From a virus: a DNA stretch of 64,000 nt. A program made the translations under genes and the position numbers. The stretch is from positions 32,001-96,000 of the IMG/VR virus record IMGVR_UViG_3300028596_000009; one strand, 5' to 3'. This document shows positions 12,166 through 22,059 of the stretch, piece by piece. A model generated the notes under the pieces. The model was given only the letters and a program-made list of their open reading frames with translations. It was not told the DNA's origin and did no database searches. How positions within the stretch are numbered: the first letter of the stretch is position 1; each line of letters begins with the position of its first letter.

Positions 12166-13046
12166 AGAAGGCACTGGTGACGGGCTCGACGGGGTTCGTC
12201 GGTCGGCACATGACCGAGGCCCTGACCAAGAAAGGCTACGAGGTGGCGCTGTGCGACATCGCGGATGCGCCTCCCAGGGATGCTCTGGATCTCTTCCATG
12301 AGGACACCACGGTCTACGACCTGGTGGTCCACGCGGCGGCCACGGCTCCGCACCGGATGGCGATCGACAACGTGCCGCTGAACCTGGTCTACGACGCCCA
12401 CCTGGACGCAGCCATGTTCGAGTGGGCGGTGCACACGAAGCAGAAGCACGTCGTGTACCTGTCCTCGTCGGCGGCTTACCCCGTGGAGTTGCAGAGGCGC
12501 GGGCTGACGGACCGGCTGCGGGAAGGCGACATCGACCACACTCGTCCGGAGCCGGGTGACGCGGCGTACGGCACGGTGAAGCTGATGGGCGAGAAGATGG
12601 CCCGCGAGGTGGACCGGTCCGGCCTTCCGGTGACCGTGGTCCGCCCGTTCTCCGGATACGGCGAGGACCAGGGGGAGAACTGGCCGTTCGGCGCGTTCAT
12701 CGGCCGGGCGCTGCGCCGCGAGGACCCGTTCACGATCTGGGGCGATGGTTCGCAGACGCGGGACTGGGTGCACATCGACGACGTCGTGGGTGCGATTCTG
12801 GCGCTGGTCGACGAGCAGGTCTACGGGCCGGTGAACCTGTGCACAGGGGTCGGTACCTCGATGGTGGAGGTCGTCCGTGAGGTGTGCAGGCAGGTCGGTC
12901 ACGAGCCCGCCTTCGACATGAAACTGGATGCGCCGGAGGGTGTGCACTACCGGGTCGGTGATCCGGCGCTGCTGAACCAGTACTACATGCCGAAGGTGTC
13001 GCTGGAGGAGGGCATCGCGCGGGCGCTCAGCGCACGAGGGAAGTGA
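12162..13046 (+). CDS. NAD-dependent epimerase/dehydratase
   Basis: VTGSTGFVG, SSSAAY, YGTVK (YxxxK), RPFSGYG, GDGSQTRDWVHIDD. Confidence 0.93.
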   Translation: MKKALVTGSTGFVGRHMTEALTKKGYEVALCDIADAPPRDALDLFHEDTTVYDLVVHAAATAPHRMAIDNVPLNLVYDAHLDAAMFEWAVHTKQKHVVYLSSSAAYPVELQRRGLTDRLREGDIDHTRPEPGDAAYGTVKLMGEKMAREVDRSGLPVTVVRPFSGYGEDQGENWPFGAFIGRALRREDPFTIWGDGSQTRDWVHIDDVVGAILALVDEQVYGPVNLCTGVGTSMVEVVREVCRQVGHEPAFDMKLDAPEGVHYRVGDPALLNQYYMPKVSLEEGIARALSARGK

Positions 13047-13968
13047 CCGGGCCGTAGTCGGCGTCGAGGTCGGCCCACGTGTAGTCGCGGGTGATCTCGT
13101 CGGAGAGGGCGTTGAGGTCTTCGGCCTTGAGGCTGAGCAGGTGGTGCGCCCTCTCCTCGACGGTTCCGGTGAGTTCGTTGCCGTGGCGGTGCGGCCCGTT
13201 GTTGATGCCGTCGCGGGTGTTCTCGTTGTTGCAGGCTCCTCCAGCACAAGGGGCGCTGACGTACCCGGCGTGGTAGGCCCGGTTGACGACCGGGTACACG
13301 GTGGTGAGGTTCATCCGGCGCCGGACGCGGCCGAAGGCTCCGTCGATCCCAGCCCATTCGTGGGGCCCGCAGGGGTGGTCGCGGAACACGCGGGCGTTGT
13401 AGGCGACCATGTCGTCCAGGTAGCTGAGTGGCAGCCACTTGAGGATCCTGGCCAGCATCTCGGTGCGAAAGCTGATGGCGACGGTGGGGGCGTAGGGCCT
13501 GAGGGTGGCGAGGCTGTGGTCGGAGGGGTGGAACGGCATCTTGGGCTGCGGCGTGTAGGCGGTGGTGCAAAACGCCTGGGGGTTCAGCCGGTGCGCGGTG
13601 CGGTGGTAGTCGAAGTAGTGCTTGTTGATGAAGATGTCGTCCTCGATGGAGTGGACGAACTCGGCGCCGTACTCCATCGACTCGTGCAGGGCACACAGGA
13701 TGTTCCGGGTGGGGCCGGGATTGTGGTGCGGTTCCCGTTCGATGAGTTCGACGTTGTCGGCGCCGACGGCTTCGGCGAATTTCCCGATGGGCGGGTAGAT
13801 CTCGTCGTCGGCACCGTGGTCGATGTTGATCCGGTAGTGGATGCCAGTTCGGTGTGCGAGGGCGAGTCGAATCAAGGTGGCGCGCAGGAAGTCGGGCCTT
13901 CGCCAGGCGATGACGTTCACGACTTCGGTGGGGCCCGCTTTCGGGTACGTGACATGATTGATCGACAT
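13027..13968 (-). CDS. GT-A glycosyltransferase-like protein (paralog of 17877..18776)
   Basis: AWRRPDFL, IEDDIF, TVYPVVNRAYHAGY. Confidence 0.7.
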   Translation of the reverse strand: MSINHVTYPKAGPTEVVNVIAWRRPDFLRATLIRLALAHRTGIHYRINIDHGADDEIYPPIGKFAEAVGADNVELIEREPHHNPGPTRNILCALHESMEYGAEFVHSIEDDIFINKHYFDYHRTAHRLNPQAFCTTAYTPQPKMPFHPSDHSLATLRPYAPTVAISFRTEMLARILKWLPLSYLDDMVAYNARVFRDHPCGPHEWAGIDGAFGRVRRRMNLTTVYPVVNRAYHAGYVSAPCAGGACNNENTRDGINNGPHRHGNELTGTVEERAHHLLSLKAEDLNALSDEITRDYTWADLDADYGPVTSLVR

Positions 13969-13995
13969 CGCCCAACCCTAGCTGTGGGGTCCGAC

Positions 13996-14319
13996 ATGAG
14001 CCTGATCGATGTTTCTCCTGCGGTGATGGCCCGGCGCCTGACCGAACTGGCCGGACCGTCCCTGGTGTTCTTCCACAAACAGGGCTGTTCTCCATGTGCC
14101 GCCGTGATGCCGCAGGTGCGTGAGGTGGCGGGCCGTTTCCCCGGGGTCGACGTGTTCACGGTGGACGTGACGGATTCGCAGGCCGGTGTGGAGGGTTACA
14201 CGGGGTCCGGCACACCGCTGGTGGTGCTGTTCGACGCGCGGGGCCTGGAGGAGTGGCGCTGGCGCGGGGGTTCAGTGACGGCGGACAAAATGGCCGCGCA
14301 GATCGAGGAGGTCGTGTGA
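13996..14319 (+). CDS. Thioredoxin-family protein
   Basis: FFHKQGCSPC (CxxC) and GTP cis-Pro loop. Confidence 0.8.
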   Translation: MSLIDVSPAVMARRLTELAGPSLVFFHKQGCSPCAAVMPQVREVAGRFPGVDVFTVDVTDSQAGVEGYTGSGTPLVVLFDARGLEEWRWRGGSVTADKMAAQIEEVV

Positions 14320-14620
14320 GCGTGACGACGGCTCTGGTGCTGGTGGTCGGGATCCTGGGCGTGACCCTGTCGATGGTGGTGGGTGTGGCGGCCCGGTCTG
14401 CGGTGAGGATCGCAGAGATCCGGCGCGGTCAGGATCCGGCGCGGCGCACCTGACGGACTCGGCCGCCCTGTGCCATCCTGGTGTCCGCAGGATCCCATGT
14501 TCCTCTCGGTGGTGCTCAGGGGCTCCTGCTCTCCTCGGACCCTCGGCTTCGGCCGGGGGTTTCCGTGTGTCCGGGCATGGAAAAACCCGGCCCTCGAAGG
14601 ACCGGGCTGGTAGGCGGAGT

Positions 14621-15094
14621 TCAGTCCTTGGACTTCTCCAGTTTCTCGTTGCGGGCCCTGGCGTAACGCATGATGTCCATCGGCCGGTAGAGCGGCGTGC
14701 CGTCCTGGAGGTGCATGACCACCTCAGGGAAGTCGGGGTCCTTCTTGGCAAGCTGGGCCACGCGCTGACGGGATACGCCGAGCCAGAAGGCGATGCTGCT
14801 CTGCTTCTCCAGGTCGTCCGTCTCGGTCGGCTGCTCGTAGTCCTTGATCTCCATGTGGGCGATCGGCTCGTCGCCGTGGCCGACGGTCGAGAGGTACTTC
14901 CGTGCCTGCTCGGCGGCGGTCCTGGTGACCTCGTCGAGGGTGTCGGCGTCCTGTTCCCACATGAGAGTGAAGGACTTGAGCGGCCCGTTGTAGGTCAGGC
15001 CGCTTCCGGTGACCCCCATCAGTGCGCTGATCTTGTCGTCGTCCATGTCCTCGGGGAACGGGGCGAAGGTGACGCTTACGGCCCAGTTGGGCAT
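14621..15094 (-). CDS. AlpA/excisionase-like HTH DNA-binding protein
   Basis: IAFWLGVSRQRVAQLAKKDPDFPE. Confidence 0.7.
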   Translation of the reverse strand: MPNWAVSVTFAPFPEDMDDDKISALMGVTGSGLTYNGPLKSFTLMWEQDADTLDEVTRTAAEQARKYLSTVGHGDEPIAHMEIKDYEQPTETDDLEKQSSIAFWLGVSRQRVAQLAKKDPDFPEVVMHLQDGTPLYRPMDIMRYARARNEKLEKSKD

Positions 15095-15326
15095 GCGAGT
15101 CCTTTGTCGGTCGGATGACTTCGACGGGACCGTATCGAGGGGGTTGCATGGACGTCAAGCCCCTGCAAGGAGAAGCCGCCCCGTCTGTCGCACAAGGCGG
15201 CTTTCCCGTACCACCAGGTCCCGGCAAGGACATGGTGTTTCCTGCTGGCCTGGCAACGGAGAAGGCCCACTCGCACAGTACAGATTCAGGTGGTGGTCGT
15301 CCAACTCCTTGGTTTGTTCGGGGAGA

Positions 15327-15521
15327 TCAGTCGCACCCTCCGCCGGAGGAGCCGGAGTCCGACGAGCTGGACGAGGAGCAGTCGGAGGACGACGAGGAGC
15401 TGAACAGGTTGCCGGTCGAGGCGAAGTGGCTGGCCTCGTCGGTGTAGGTGGTGGTCGGCCGGTACCCGTTCCGGCGCTTGCGGGCCTCTTCTTCGCGCTT
15501 GGCGCGCTCGTTCTTGGTCAT
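15327..15521 (-). CDS. Small protein with Ser/Gly-rich tail
   Basis: Ends SSSSSSDCSSSSSSDSGSSGGGCD. Confidence 0.5.
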   Translation of the reverse strand: MTKNERAKREEEARKRRNGYRPTTTYTDEASHFASTGNLFSSSSSSDCSSSSSSDSGSSGGGCD

Positions 15522-15660
15522 GTGACGAGGATGCCCGTCCCGGCGGGGACTCCATACTCCTCTTGAGCTAGTTCAGAGGTACGGTTCTGTGTGGAATCGG
15601 GTGTGGTCGGTGACGCGTAGTCTGGCCTTCTCCCCGTCGTCAACGAAAGGATGAAAGCCG

Positions 15661-16566
15661 GTGAGTTCACCGACCGTCCACCTGATCAGCAACGACAACG
15701 GCGTGGGCCTGAGCACCGACATGCAGCTCCTGGAGGACATGCTCACCGCAGCCGGATATGCGGTGCGGCGGTTCCACTGGAAGCAGACGGTCATGCCGCG
15801 CTGCGACATAGCCATTTTCCTGGAGCTGTACAACCACGCTCTGGCCAGGTACGCCGACAAGAAGATCGGCATTTTCAACCTGGAATGGTTTCCCGTCGTC
15901 TGGCGCCCTTACCTGAAAACGTTCGACCAGCTCTGGGCCAAGTCGCTGGAGGCGCAGGATGTTTACCGGCGCTACGGTCTCCCGGCGCATCTGACGGGCT
16001 TCATGACGCGCGACCTGTACGACCCGTCGGTGAAGAAGAAGCCGCACTGCCTGCACCTGCGGGGCAAGTCGTCACTGAAGGGCACCGAAGCGGTGCTGTC
16101 GGCGTGGCAGACACACAAGGATCTCCCGCCGCTCACGATCATCTCCGCCGATCCGCTGAAGGTCCCGGCCAACGTTCGTGTGCTGCCGAGGATCCCGCAG
16201 GAAGCCCTCGTGCAGGAGATGAACTCCCACGCAATCCACGTGTGCCCCTCGAAGTCGGAGGGCTGGGGCCACTACATCACCGAGGGCATGTCGACCGGCG
16301 CGCTGGTGGTGACGACCAACGCCTCGCCGATGAGCGACCACGTCCAGCCCGGCCGGGGCTTCCTGGTTCCGGTGCGCGGGGGGATGGCCCGGCACATGGC
16401 CCGCGAATATCACGTGGCGGCCGACGACCTCGCGGACACGGTTCGCCTGGCCTCTTCCCTTCACCCGGCACACCGCCACTCGGTGTCCACCCAGGCGCGG
16501 CAGTACACGCTCGACGCCACCGCCGCCTTCCAGATGAAGGCGCTGGAACTCCTGAAGGAGCTGTGA
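15661..16566 (+). CDS. Glycosyltransferase, GT-B fold (GT4-like)
   Basis: KGT...CPSKSEGWGHYITEGMSTGALVVTT (ExxxxxxxE motif). Confidence 0.85.
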   Translation: MSSPTVHLISNDNGVGLSTDMQLLEDMLTAAGYAVRRFHWKQTVMPRCDIAIFLELYNHALARYADKKIGIFNLEWFPVVWRPYLKTFDQLWAKSLEAQDVYRRYGLPAHLTGFMTRDLYDPSVKKKPHCLHLRGKSSLKGTEAVLSAWQTHKDLPPLTIISADPLKVPANVRVLPRIPQEALVQEMNSHAIHVCPSKSEGWGHYITEGMSTGALVVTTNASPMSDHVQPGRGFLVPVRGGMARHMAREYHVAADDLADTVRLASSLHPAHRHSVSTQARQYTLDATAAFQMKALELLKEL

Positions 16567-17174
16567 AGCCCATGCACATGAACGAGCTGCTGAACGGTGA
16601 GCTGGAGAGACTGGCCGAGAAGCTGGGGAAGAAGGATCTGCGGATCCTGGAGACCGGCTGCATCCGCAACGGCGGCGAGCAGTACCGGATCAACGACGGC
16701 TGGTCGACGTGGACGTTCGCCAAGTGGGTGCAGGCCAACGGCGGCATGTCGGTCTCGGTCGATCTGGACGTGTCGGTGGCACACATGGTCCTGATGCGTG
16801 ACGGCCTGATGGACGAGGGTCCGGGCCTGGAGCCGACGCAGGAGGGGACGATCCTGACGAAGGGCGTCGAACTCCATCAGGGCTACAGCGTGGATGTCCT
16901 GGCGAAGCTGATGGCCTCCGGCGACTGCCTGTTCGACGTGATCCTGCTGGACAGCGACAACGACCCGAACCTGATCCTGCACGAGTACTTCATCGCCAAG
17001 CACCTGCTGGACGACGGCGGCATCATCCTGATCGACGACGTCGGCGGCACGGAGGGCGACGCCACGAAGGGCGATGCGATCGTCCCGTGGGCGCAGACCC
17101 ACTCGATCCCCTACCGGACGCTGACGCGGACCGGCGACGGCTACGTTACGAGCGTCGTCGTGCTGGACGTGTGA
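16563..17174 (+). CDS. Class I SAM methyltransferase (Methyltransf_24-like)
   Basis: ILETGCIR, DVILLDS, GGIILIDDV...KG. Confidence 0.75.
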   Translation: MKPMHMNELLNGELERLAEKLGKKDLRILETGCIRNGGEQYRINDGWSTWTFAKWVQANGGMSVSVDLDVSVAHMVLMRDGLMDEGPGLEPTQEGTILTKGVELHQGYSVDVLAKLMASGDCLFDVILLDSDNDPNLILHEYFIAKHLLDDGGIILIDDVGGTEGDATKGDAIVPWAQTHSIPYRTLTRTGDGYVTSVVVLDV

Positions 17175-17217
17175 CATGAAGAAGCCCCGCAGACTGCACC
17201 TCTGCGGGGCTGTGTGC

Positions 17218-17523
17218 TCACGGGTCGACGTGGGCGCCGATGTACTCGATGTCGAGAACCTGGATCTCGCCGGTGCGGTCCCCGTAGGCCCAGACTATGC
17301 GTTCGCCGCCTGGTCCTGTGCGGATGTAGGAGATCCAGCAGTTGGCGCGCCCGAACGGCTTGCCGGTGGCCTGGTGCGACTGGAGCGAGGGGTATGCGGG
17401 TCCTTCGTTCTCCAGCAGGTTCAGGGCCTTCTTCATCTGCTTGATCTTGCCCTGATTACCGGACTTCTGGATCTTGGCCCGTCCGGCGTGGGCTCGCCTG
17501 GTGAACGCCAGTTGGAATTTCAC
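17218..17523 (-). CDS. RelE/ParE-superfamily toxin
   Basis: FQLAFT...YPSLQSH...ERIVWAYG...IEYIGAH; translationally coupled to the upstream antitoxin. Confidence 0.7.
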   Translation of the reverse strand: MKFQLAFTRRAHAGRAKIQKSGNQGKIKQMKKALNLLENEGPAYPSLQSHQATGKPFGRANCWISYIRTGPGGERIVWAYGDRTGEIQVLDIEYIGAHVDP

Positions 17524-17804
17524 TCGTCCCTCATCTTGTCGAGGCGGGCGAGGTACTCCTCCAGGTTCTCGTCCAGGTCCCGCCGGATCATCTCCCCGGA
17601 GCCCGGGGTGTCGGACTGCCGCAAGATCTCGGCACCGGTCCGGCCGAACGCGGTTTCCACGGACATGATCGGCACGACTTCGACGCGGACCGGGGTCAGC
17701 TCGATGTGCCCGAAGTCGTTGATGCGGCCCTCGTACAGCCCGTGTCCGTCGGTCAGGGACTTGGGCAGGGTGGCCCGGCCCTTGGAGTCCAGCTTGATCA
17801 GCAT
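17520..17804 (-). CDS. AbrB/MazE-type antitoxin
   Basis: IKLDSKGRATLPK swapped-hairpin motif, acidic C-terminus, overlaps toxin start. Confidence 0.7.
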   Translation of the reverse strand: MLIKLDSKGRATLPKSLTDGHGLYEGRINDFGHIELTPVRVEVVPIMSVETAFGRTGAEILRQSDTPGSGEMIRRDLDENLEEYLARLDKMRDE

Positions 17805-17876
17805 GTCGTACCTCCTTCTTCGTGGAGGAGCAGGCTACCACCCACAGTGGTCTAGAGGGAATGAGGGATAGAGGGA

Positions 17877-18776
17877 ATGGATCTCGTGCTGGTGCCGCTG
17901 TGGAAGCGGCCGGGCTTCGCCCGCGCGTGTCTGAAGCGTCTGTCGGCCGCCGCCGCGCAGTACGACGGGAACCTGATGTTCCGGTTGCTGCTGGACGAGG
18001 GCTACAGCCCGCTGGTGGAGAAGGAGGCCGTCGACTTCGCCACGAACGAGAACGTCTTCGCCGACGTGACGGTCCGGCCCAAGCGGTACGGGCGCGGCAA
18101 CTCGTACAACATCATGAAGGCGCTGGCCGACGCGTCGACCGGACCGTGGAAGCGGGTGCACATCGTCGAGGAGGACATCTTCGTCTCCGACGGCTACTTC
18201 GACTTCCACCGCCGCACCCACGCCCTCGCGGGCGACTCGGTCTTCGCCATCTCCGCCTGCCGCAACCAGAACGAGCCGACGCCTGAGCCGGGCGCGCCGC
18301 ACCTGCGGTGGTGGAGGTACGCCGACGACGAGAAGATCCCGGACGAGCACTGGGAGACGGTGTGGCGGCACACCTCGTACCAGTCGCTGGGCGTGTCGCT
18401 GCCGATGGACTCGGTCCGGGCGGTCGTGCCCCACGTGACGGACAAGTACTTCTTCGACCCGGTCGGCTACTGCCGGAAGTACTTCCCGGGCTCCGAGATA
18501 CCGGCGCCGCACGCGGAACAGGACGGTGTGCTGAACCGGCTGCGTGAGCGGGCGGGCATGTCGACGGTGTATCCGGTGGCGCCGAGGGCGTACCACGCGG
18601 GGTTCACGGGCTACAACCGGGCGGGGGTCGCGGCGATGGACGGTTCTCCGGCGGAGCAGGCGGAGGCGTTGCTGAGGATGAACTCGGCGGAGCTGAACAG
18701 CATGGCGTCACACGAGTTCCGTGACCATGAGGTGGTTCCGCTGCACACACTCCGGCCGGTGCGGCGTATGGTGTGA
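17877..18776 (+). CDS. GT-A glycosyltransferase-like protein
   Basis: PLWKRPGF, HIVEEDIFV, TVYPVAPRAYHAGF. Confidence 0.7.
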   Translation: MDLVLVPLWKRPGFARACLKRLSAAAAQYDGNLMFRLLLDEGYSPLVEKEAVDFATNENVFADVTVRPKRYGRGNSYNIMKALADASTGPWKRVHIVEEDIFVSDGYFDFHRRTHALAGDSVFAISACRNQNEPTPEPGAPHLRWWRYADDEKIPDEHWETVWRHTSYQSLGVSLPMDSVRAVVPHVTDKYFFDPVGYCRKYFPGSEIPAPHAEQDGVLNRLRERAGMSTVYPVAPRAYHAGFTGYNRAGVAAMDGSPAEQAEALLRMNSAELNSMASHEFRDHEVVPLHTLRPVRRMV

Positions 18777-19567
18777 GTGCTGCCAGGGGCCGTGGGCTTC
18801 TGGAAGCGGGGCCGGAGAACCTGGGGCAGACCGGGTTCCCGGCCTCGCGCTTTTCCCCGGACATGCTCGCGGCGGAGCCGGATGATTCCCCCCAAGGACC
18901 GACTCCGCCGCTGTGCAACGAGGCGAGCGAAACGTAGCACGCACCCGTTCGAAAACACCACTCTGACCTGTGACGTTTCATCAGGTCCCGGAAAAGCGGA
19001 ACGGCCCGCACCAGGAAGGTGGGGCCGTAACCTGCGCAAGCTCATGACCTGCGTCGTGCAATACATCTAGAAGAGAAGCCGCTCGGGGAAGTTTGCGAGA
19101 CGAAACCGGGCGGTTTTCTCGTGGCAGGGAAGTTGGATAAATCTTGGCGACCCCCTACCATGTGCCGACTGTACCAAGTGGCTTCCTGTCGGTCCAGAAC
19201 CCGTCAGACGAGCTTCACCCAGTCGGCGCCGATCCAGTGGATCAGGGAGATCGACTTCAGCTCGCGCAGGTCGTCGTCGCTGTAGTCGAAGTCGTCGAGG
19301 CCGGTGACCTTCACGTCGTCGAACGCCTGGCAGGTGAGCCGGACGAGGGCCACGGTCGCGGACGGGCTGACGCCGCTCCTCAGGACCGACATGCCAAGGC
19401 GGCCGATCGAGTCCGCGTGGCTGGTGTCGTTGAGGAAGCCGACGGTGTTGATCCGGGTGGTGCTCATCGTTTTCTCCTTCCGTGCCGCGCGTTTCGCGAC
19501 AGGAGGAGCATGTCGTTTCCCGCTGACGGACGGTGCCCACTACTGGGCACGGAGTACGTGACGGCGG

Positions 19568-19813
19568 TCACGTCCGGGCGGCGGTCACGCAGGCGTCGAT
19601 GAACGCGGTCTGGTCGGTGTCCTCGTCGTAGAGGTCGATGGACCGGGAGATGCAGGCGGCGTACTGGTCGGCGCTGACGCCTTCGTAGTCGACCGGCGCT
19701 CCGGGGTTTCTGATGGTCTGCCCGTAGTCGCGGCCGACGTCCTCGGGGGCGGTTCCGCATCCGGCGAGGAGGAGAAGAAGGGCAGCGACGGCGGCAGGGC
19801 GTATGAGTCTCAT
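19568..19813 (-). CDS. Small lipoprotein
   Basis: Signal peptide with lipobox LLAGC. Confidence 0.65.
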   Translation of the reverse strand: MRLIRPAAVAALLLLLAGCGTAPEDVGRDYGQTIRNPGAPVDYEGVSADQYAACISRSIDLYDEDTDQTAFIDACVTAART

Positions 19814-20033
19814 GGTGTCCCGGTTCCGATCTTGACAGGTGATCGGAAGACTATCGGTGCACATGGAAAAGCCGGGTGATGTAAGCCTGTGAACCGACGC
19901 GCCAACATCGATCCACACATCACCCGGCTGGATGCAGCCACCCTAGGTGCCAGTAGAGCCTAGAGGGGGTTTCCCGAGGTGAACCTAGCAGGAACCGAGC
20001 CGGTTTCCAACCCGGTCCCTACCGGTTTTCGAA

Positions 20034-21308
20034 CTAGACCTCGGTGCGGAGGAGGTCGTTGGCCTTCCGGCGGTTCTCGTCGGCCTCGCGCCAGGCCCTG
20101 AGGGCGGAGGTCTCGGTCTCCGGCGGCTCGGTCATCTTGAACCGGGTGGCCACGGCCTGGCGGCACAGGGCCCTGGCGGTGAGCGCGTCGGTGGTCTCGA
20201 CGACGTCGTTGCCCTTCATTGCCGTCTTGGTGCGGGGGCCGGTGGCGGCCTGGGTGTTGCAGAAGAAGCAGCCGCCGTTGACCGGGTCCTTCTTCGGCGC
20301 CTGCTGGTGACCGGGGTGGTTGCACAGGGGGACGACCGGCTTGGGCGCGTCGGGCAGGCCGCCGAGGTGCCGGGCGTACCAGGTGGGCACGGCGCCGGGG
20401 TTCTTGGCCTTGGTCGGGTCGATGAGGGGCTTCAGCCAGGTTCGGAGGGTGTCCTCGGTCCACCCGGCGTCGAAGGCTTCAACCACCGATTCGGCCAGGA
20501 AGCCGTAGGAGCCGTTCTGGAGGCCGTTCAGGCCCGGGAGGGTCCCCAGGAACCCCAGAGCCCCCAGCAGGGCCTCCTGGACCCCGTCAGTGGCCTCCTC
20601 GAAGGCAGCCCGCCCGGCGCTCCACTCCTCCGGCGGAGCCGAGGGGGTGTGCTTGTCGTCCCTGCCCTTCATCTCCTCCTCATCCTCCAGCGGCGCCTCC
20701 GGCGTCGCGTCGTGCGAACCCGCACCGACGGAGGAGGGAGGAGGAGGAGTGTTCTTGCCTGCCTTCAACGGAGTAAAGGCATGGTCTTCTACGAAGGGAG
20801 TCTTCTTATGTGCCCGATCGGCCTGACCAGGATCAGCCTGATCAGGAAAACCGAGGATAGGTACAAATCCCCCACCCTCCACCTGTGCAGGAAAATCGCA
20901 TTCAGGCTCTGACCTGGGCGTTTCCTTGGCGGGCTCCGAGATTTCCAGACCCTTGGCCAAAAGTTCGTTCAGCGCGGGAAGTCCCTGCGGCATGTCGGTC
21001 AGCAGGTAGACGGCCTGTCCCAGGTGACCCTTCTCGTTTCGCTCGCGATCACGCCTCAGGTAACCCAGCTTCTCCAGCTCGGCCAGGCCGGTGGAGACGG
21101 CATTCGCACCTCCAAGCCCAGCCGCCACCATGGCGGCCACCGAGAATCCGAACCCGTCTTCGTGCGTGAGCGACCACGCGAGGATCCCGCGCGCCTTCGC
21201 GCTGAGACGGCGGTCGCGGAGGGCGCCGTTGTAGATCTGGGTGAAGTGCTTGCCGATGACATCGGCGCCCATGGGGCCACGCTTCAGGCGGCCCGGGTAA
21301 CTGCTCAT
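20034..21308 (-). CDS. Winged-helix replication-initiator-like protein
   Basis: FTQIYNGALRDRRLSAKARGIL...LAELEKLGYLRR N-domain, low-complexity linker, C-terminal Cys/His motif. Confidence 0.7.
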   Translation of the reverse strand: MSSYPGRLKRGPMGADVIGKHFTQIYNGALRDRRLSAKARGILAWSLTHEDGFGFSVAAMVAAGLGGANAVSTGLAELEKLGYLRRDRERNEKGHLGQAVYLLTDMPQGLPALNELLAKGLEISEPAKETPRSEPECDFPAQVEGGGFVPILGFPDQADPGQADRAHKKTPFVEDHAFTPLKAGKNTPPPPSSVGAGSHDATPEAPLEDEEEMKGRDDKHTPSAPPEEWSAGRAAFEEATDGVQEALLGALGFLGTLPGLNGLQNGSYGFLAESVVEAFDAGWTEDTLRTWLKPLIDPTKAKNPGAVPTWYARHLGGLPDAPKPVVPLCNHPGHQQAPKKDPVNGGCFFCNTQAATGPRTKTAMKGNDVVETTDALTARALCRQAVATRFKMTEPPETETSALRAWREADENRRKANDLLRTEV

Positions 21309-21462
21309 CAGTACCTCTTTCGGTGGAGAGGCACCGCAGCTCACGTGGTTTGGCACGCGTCAAGCGTGGTACGTTCCGGGTGGTCGGATGTCCCGGATCC
21401 TCGTGATCTGCGGTGCCAAACTCTAAGGGCTCAGGAGTGCGAATCCTGGGCCCTTTGGCATG

Positions 21463-21744
21463 TCAGAACTTGTTGGGGGTGTTCGTCGGAATGTACTCCG
21501 TGAACACGATCTTTCCGTTCCCGTCGAGCGTCCTCTTGCGCAAGAGGTAGCCCGCCTCCTCCAGTTCGATGAGCGACGTCCTCACCGACTCGGGGCCGCC
21601 AAGTCCGGCCTCCTTCATCCTCTTCATGGACACGAACAACTGGCGCTCCCGCGCCCAGAGAAGCCACACAAGGACCCCCCTGGCCTTGGCGCTCAGGTTC
21701 TTGTCGGTGATCGCGGTCTCGCTCACGAGTACGGGCTTCGGCAT
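21463..21744 (-). CDS. Short wHTH paralog of the initiator N-domain
   Basis: DKNLSAKARGVL...LIELEEAGYLLR. Confidence 0.7.
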   Translation of the reverse strand: MPKPVLVSETAITDKNLSAKARGVLVWLLWARERQLFVSMKRMKEAGLGGPESVRTSLIELEEAGYLLRKRTLDGNGKIVFTEYIPTNTPNKF

Positions 21745-21799
21745 GTCTTCCTCCCTTTCCGGTGATCACCATACAGACCGACCTGGATCTTGGGTAGGG

Positions 21800-21843
21800 G
21801 TGGTCGGATTTCCGTCTACCCCCGTGACGTGGTCGGATTTCCG
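21800..21843. repeat. Direct repeat GTGGTCGGATTTCCG x2 (third variant at 21380)
   Basis: Copies at 21800-21814 and 21829-21843; GTGGTCGGATGTCC at 21380-21393. Confidence 0.75.
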
Positions 21844-22017
21844 GCCCCCTATCTTGACCTGCGGTTTTGTGCGGAGAGTGGCAGGTCGACTACAGGACGA
21901 CCCGGCGTGTTGTGACGGGGGTCACATGAGCACATGAACGCCCAGGTCAACCGGCCGTTACGGTTCATATACACCCCGTGAATCCCCGATTCCGGGTGCC
22001 CAGAAACGCCTTGGCGG

Positions 22018-22059
22018 TTGTCTAACGTCTCGACCCGATGCTAGCTTGGTCATCGTCAA
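22018..22059 (+). promoter_or_regulatory. Sigma70-type promoter with operator-motif variant
   Basis: TTGTCT-N18-TAGCTT; TTGGTCATCGTCAA at 22046-22059. Confidence 0.5.
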
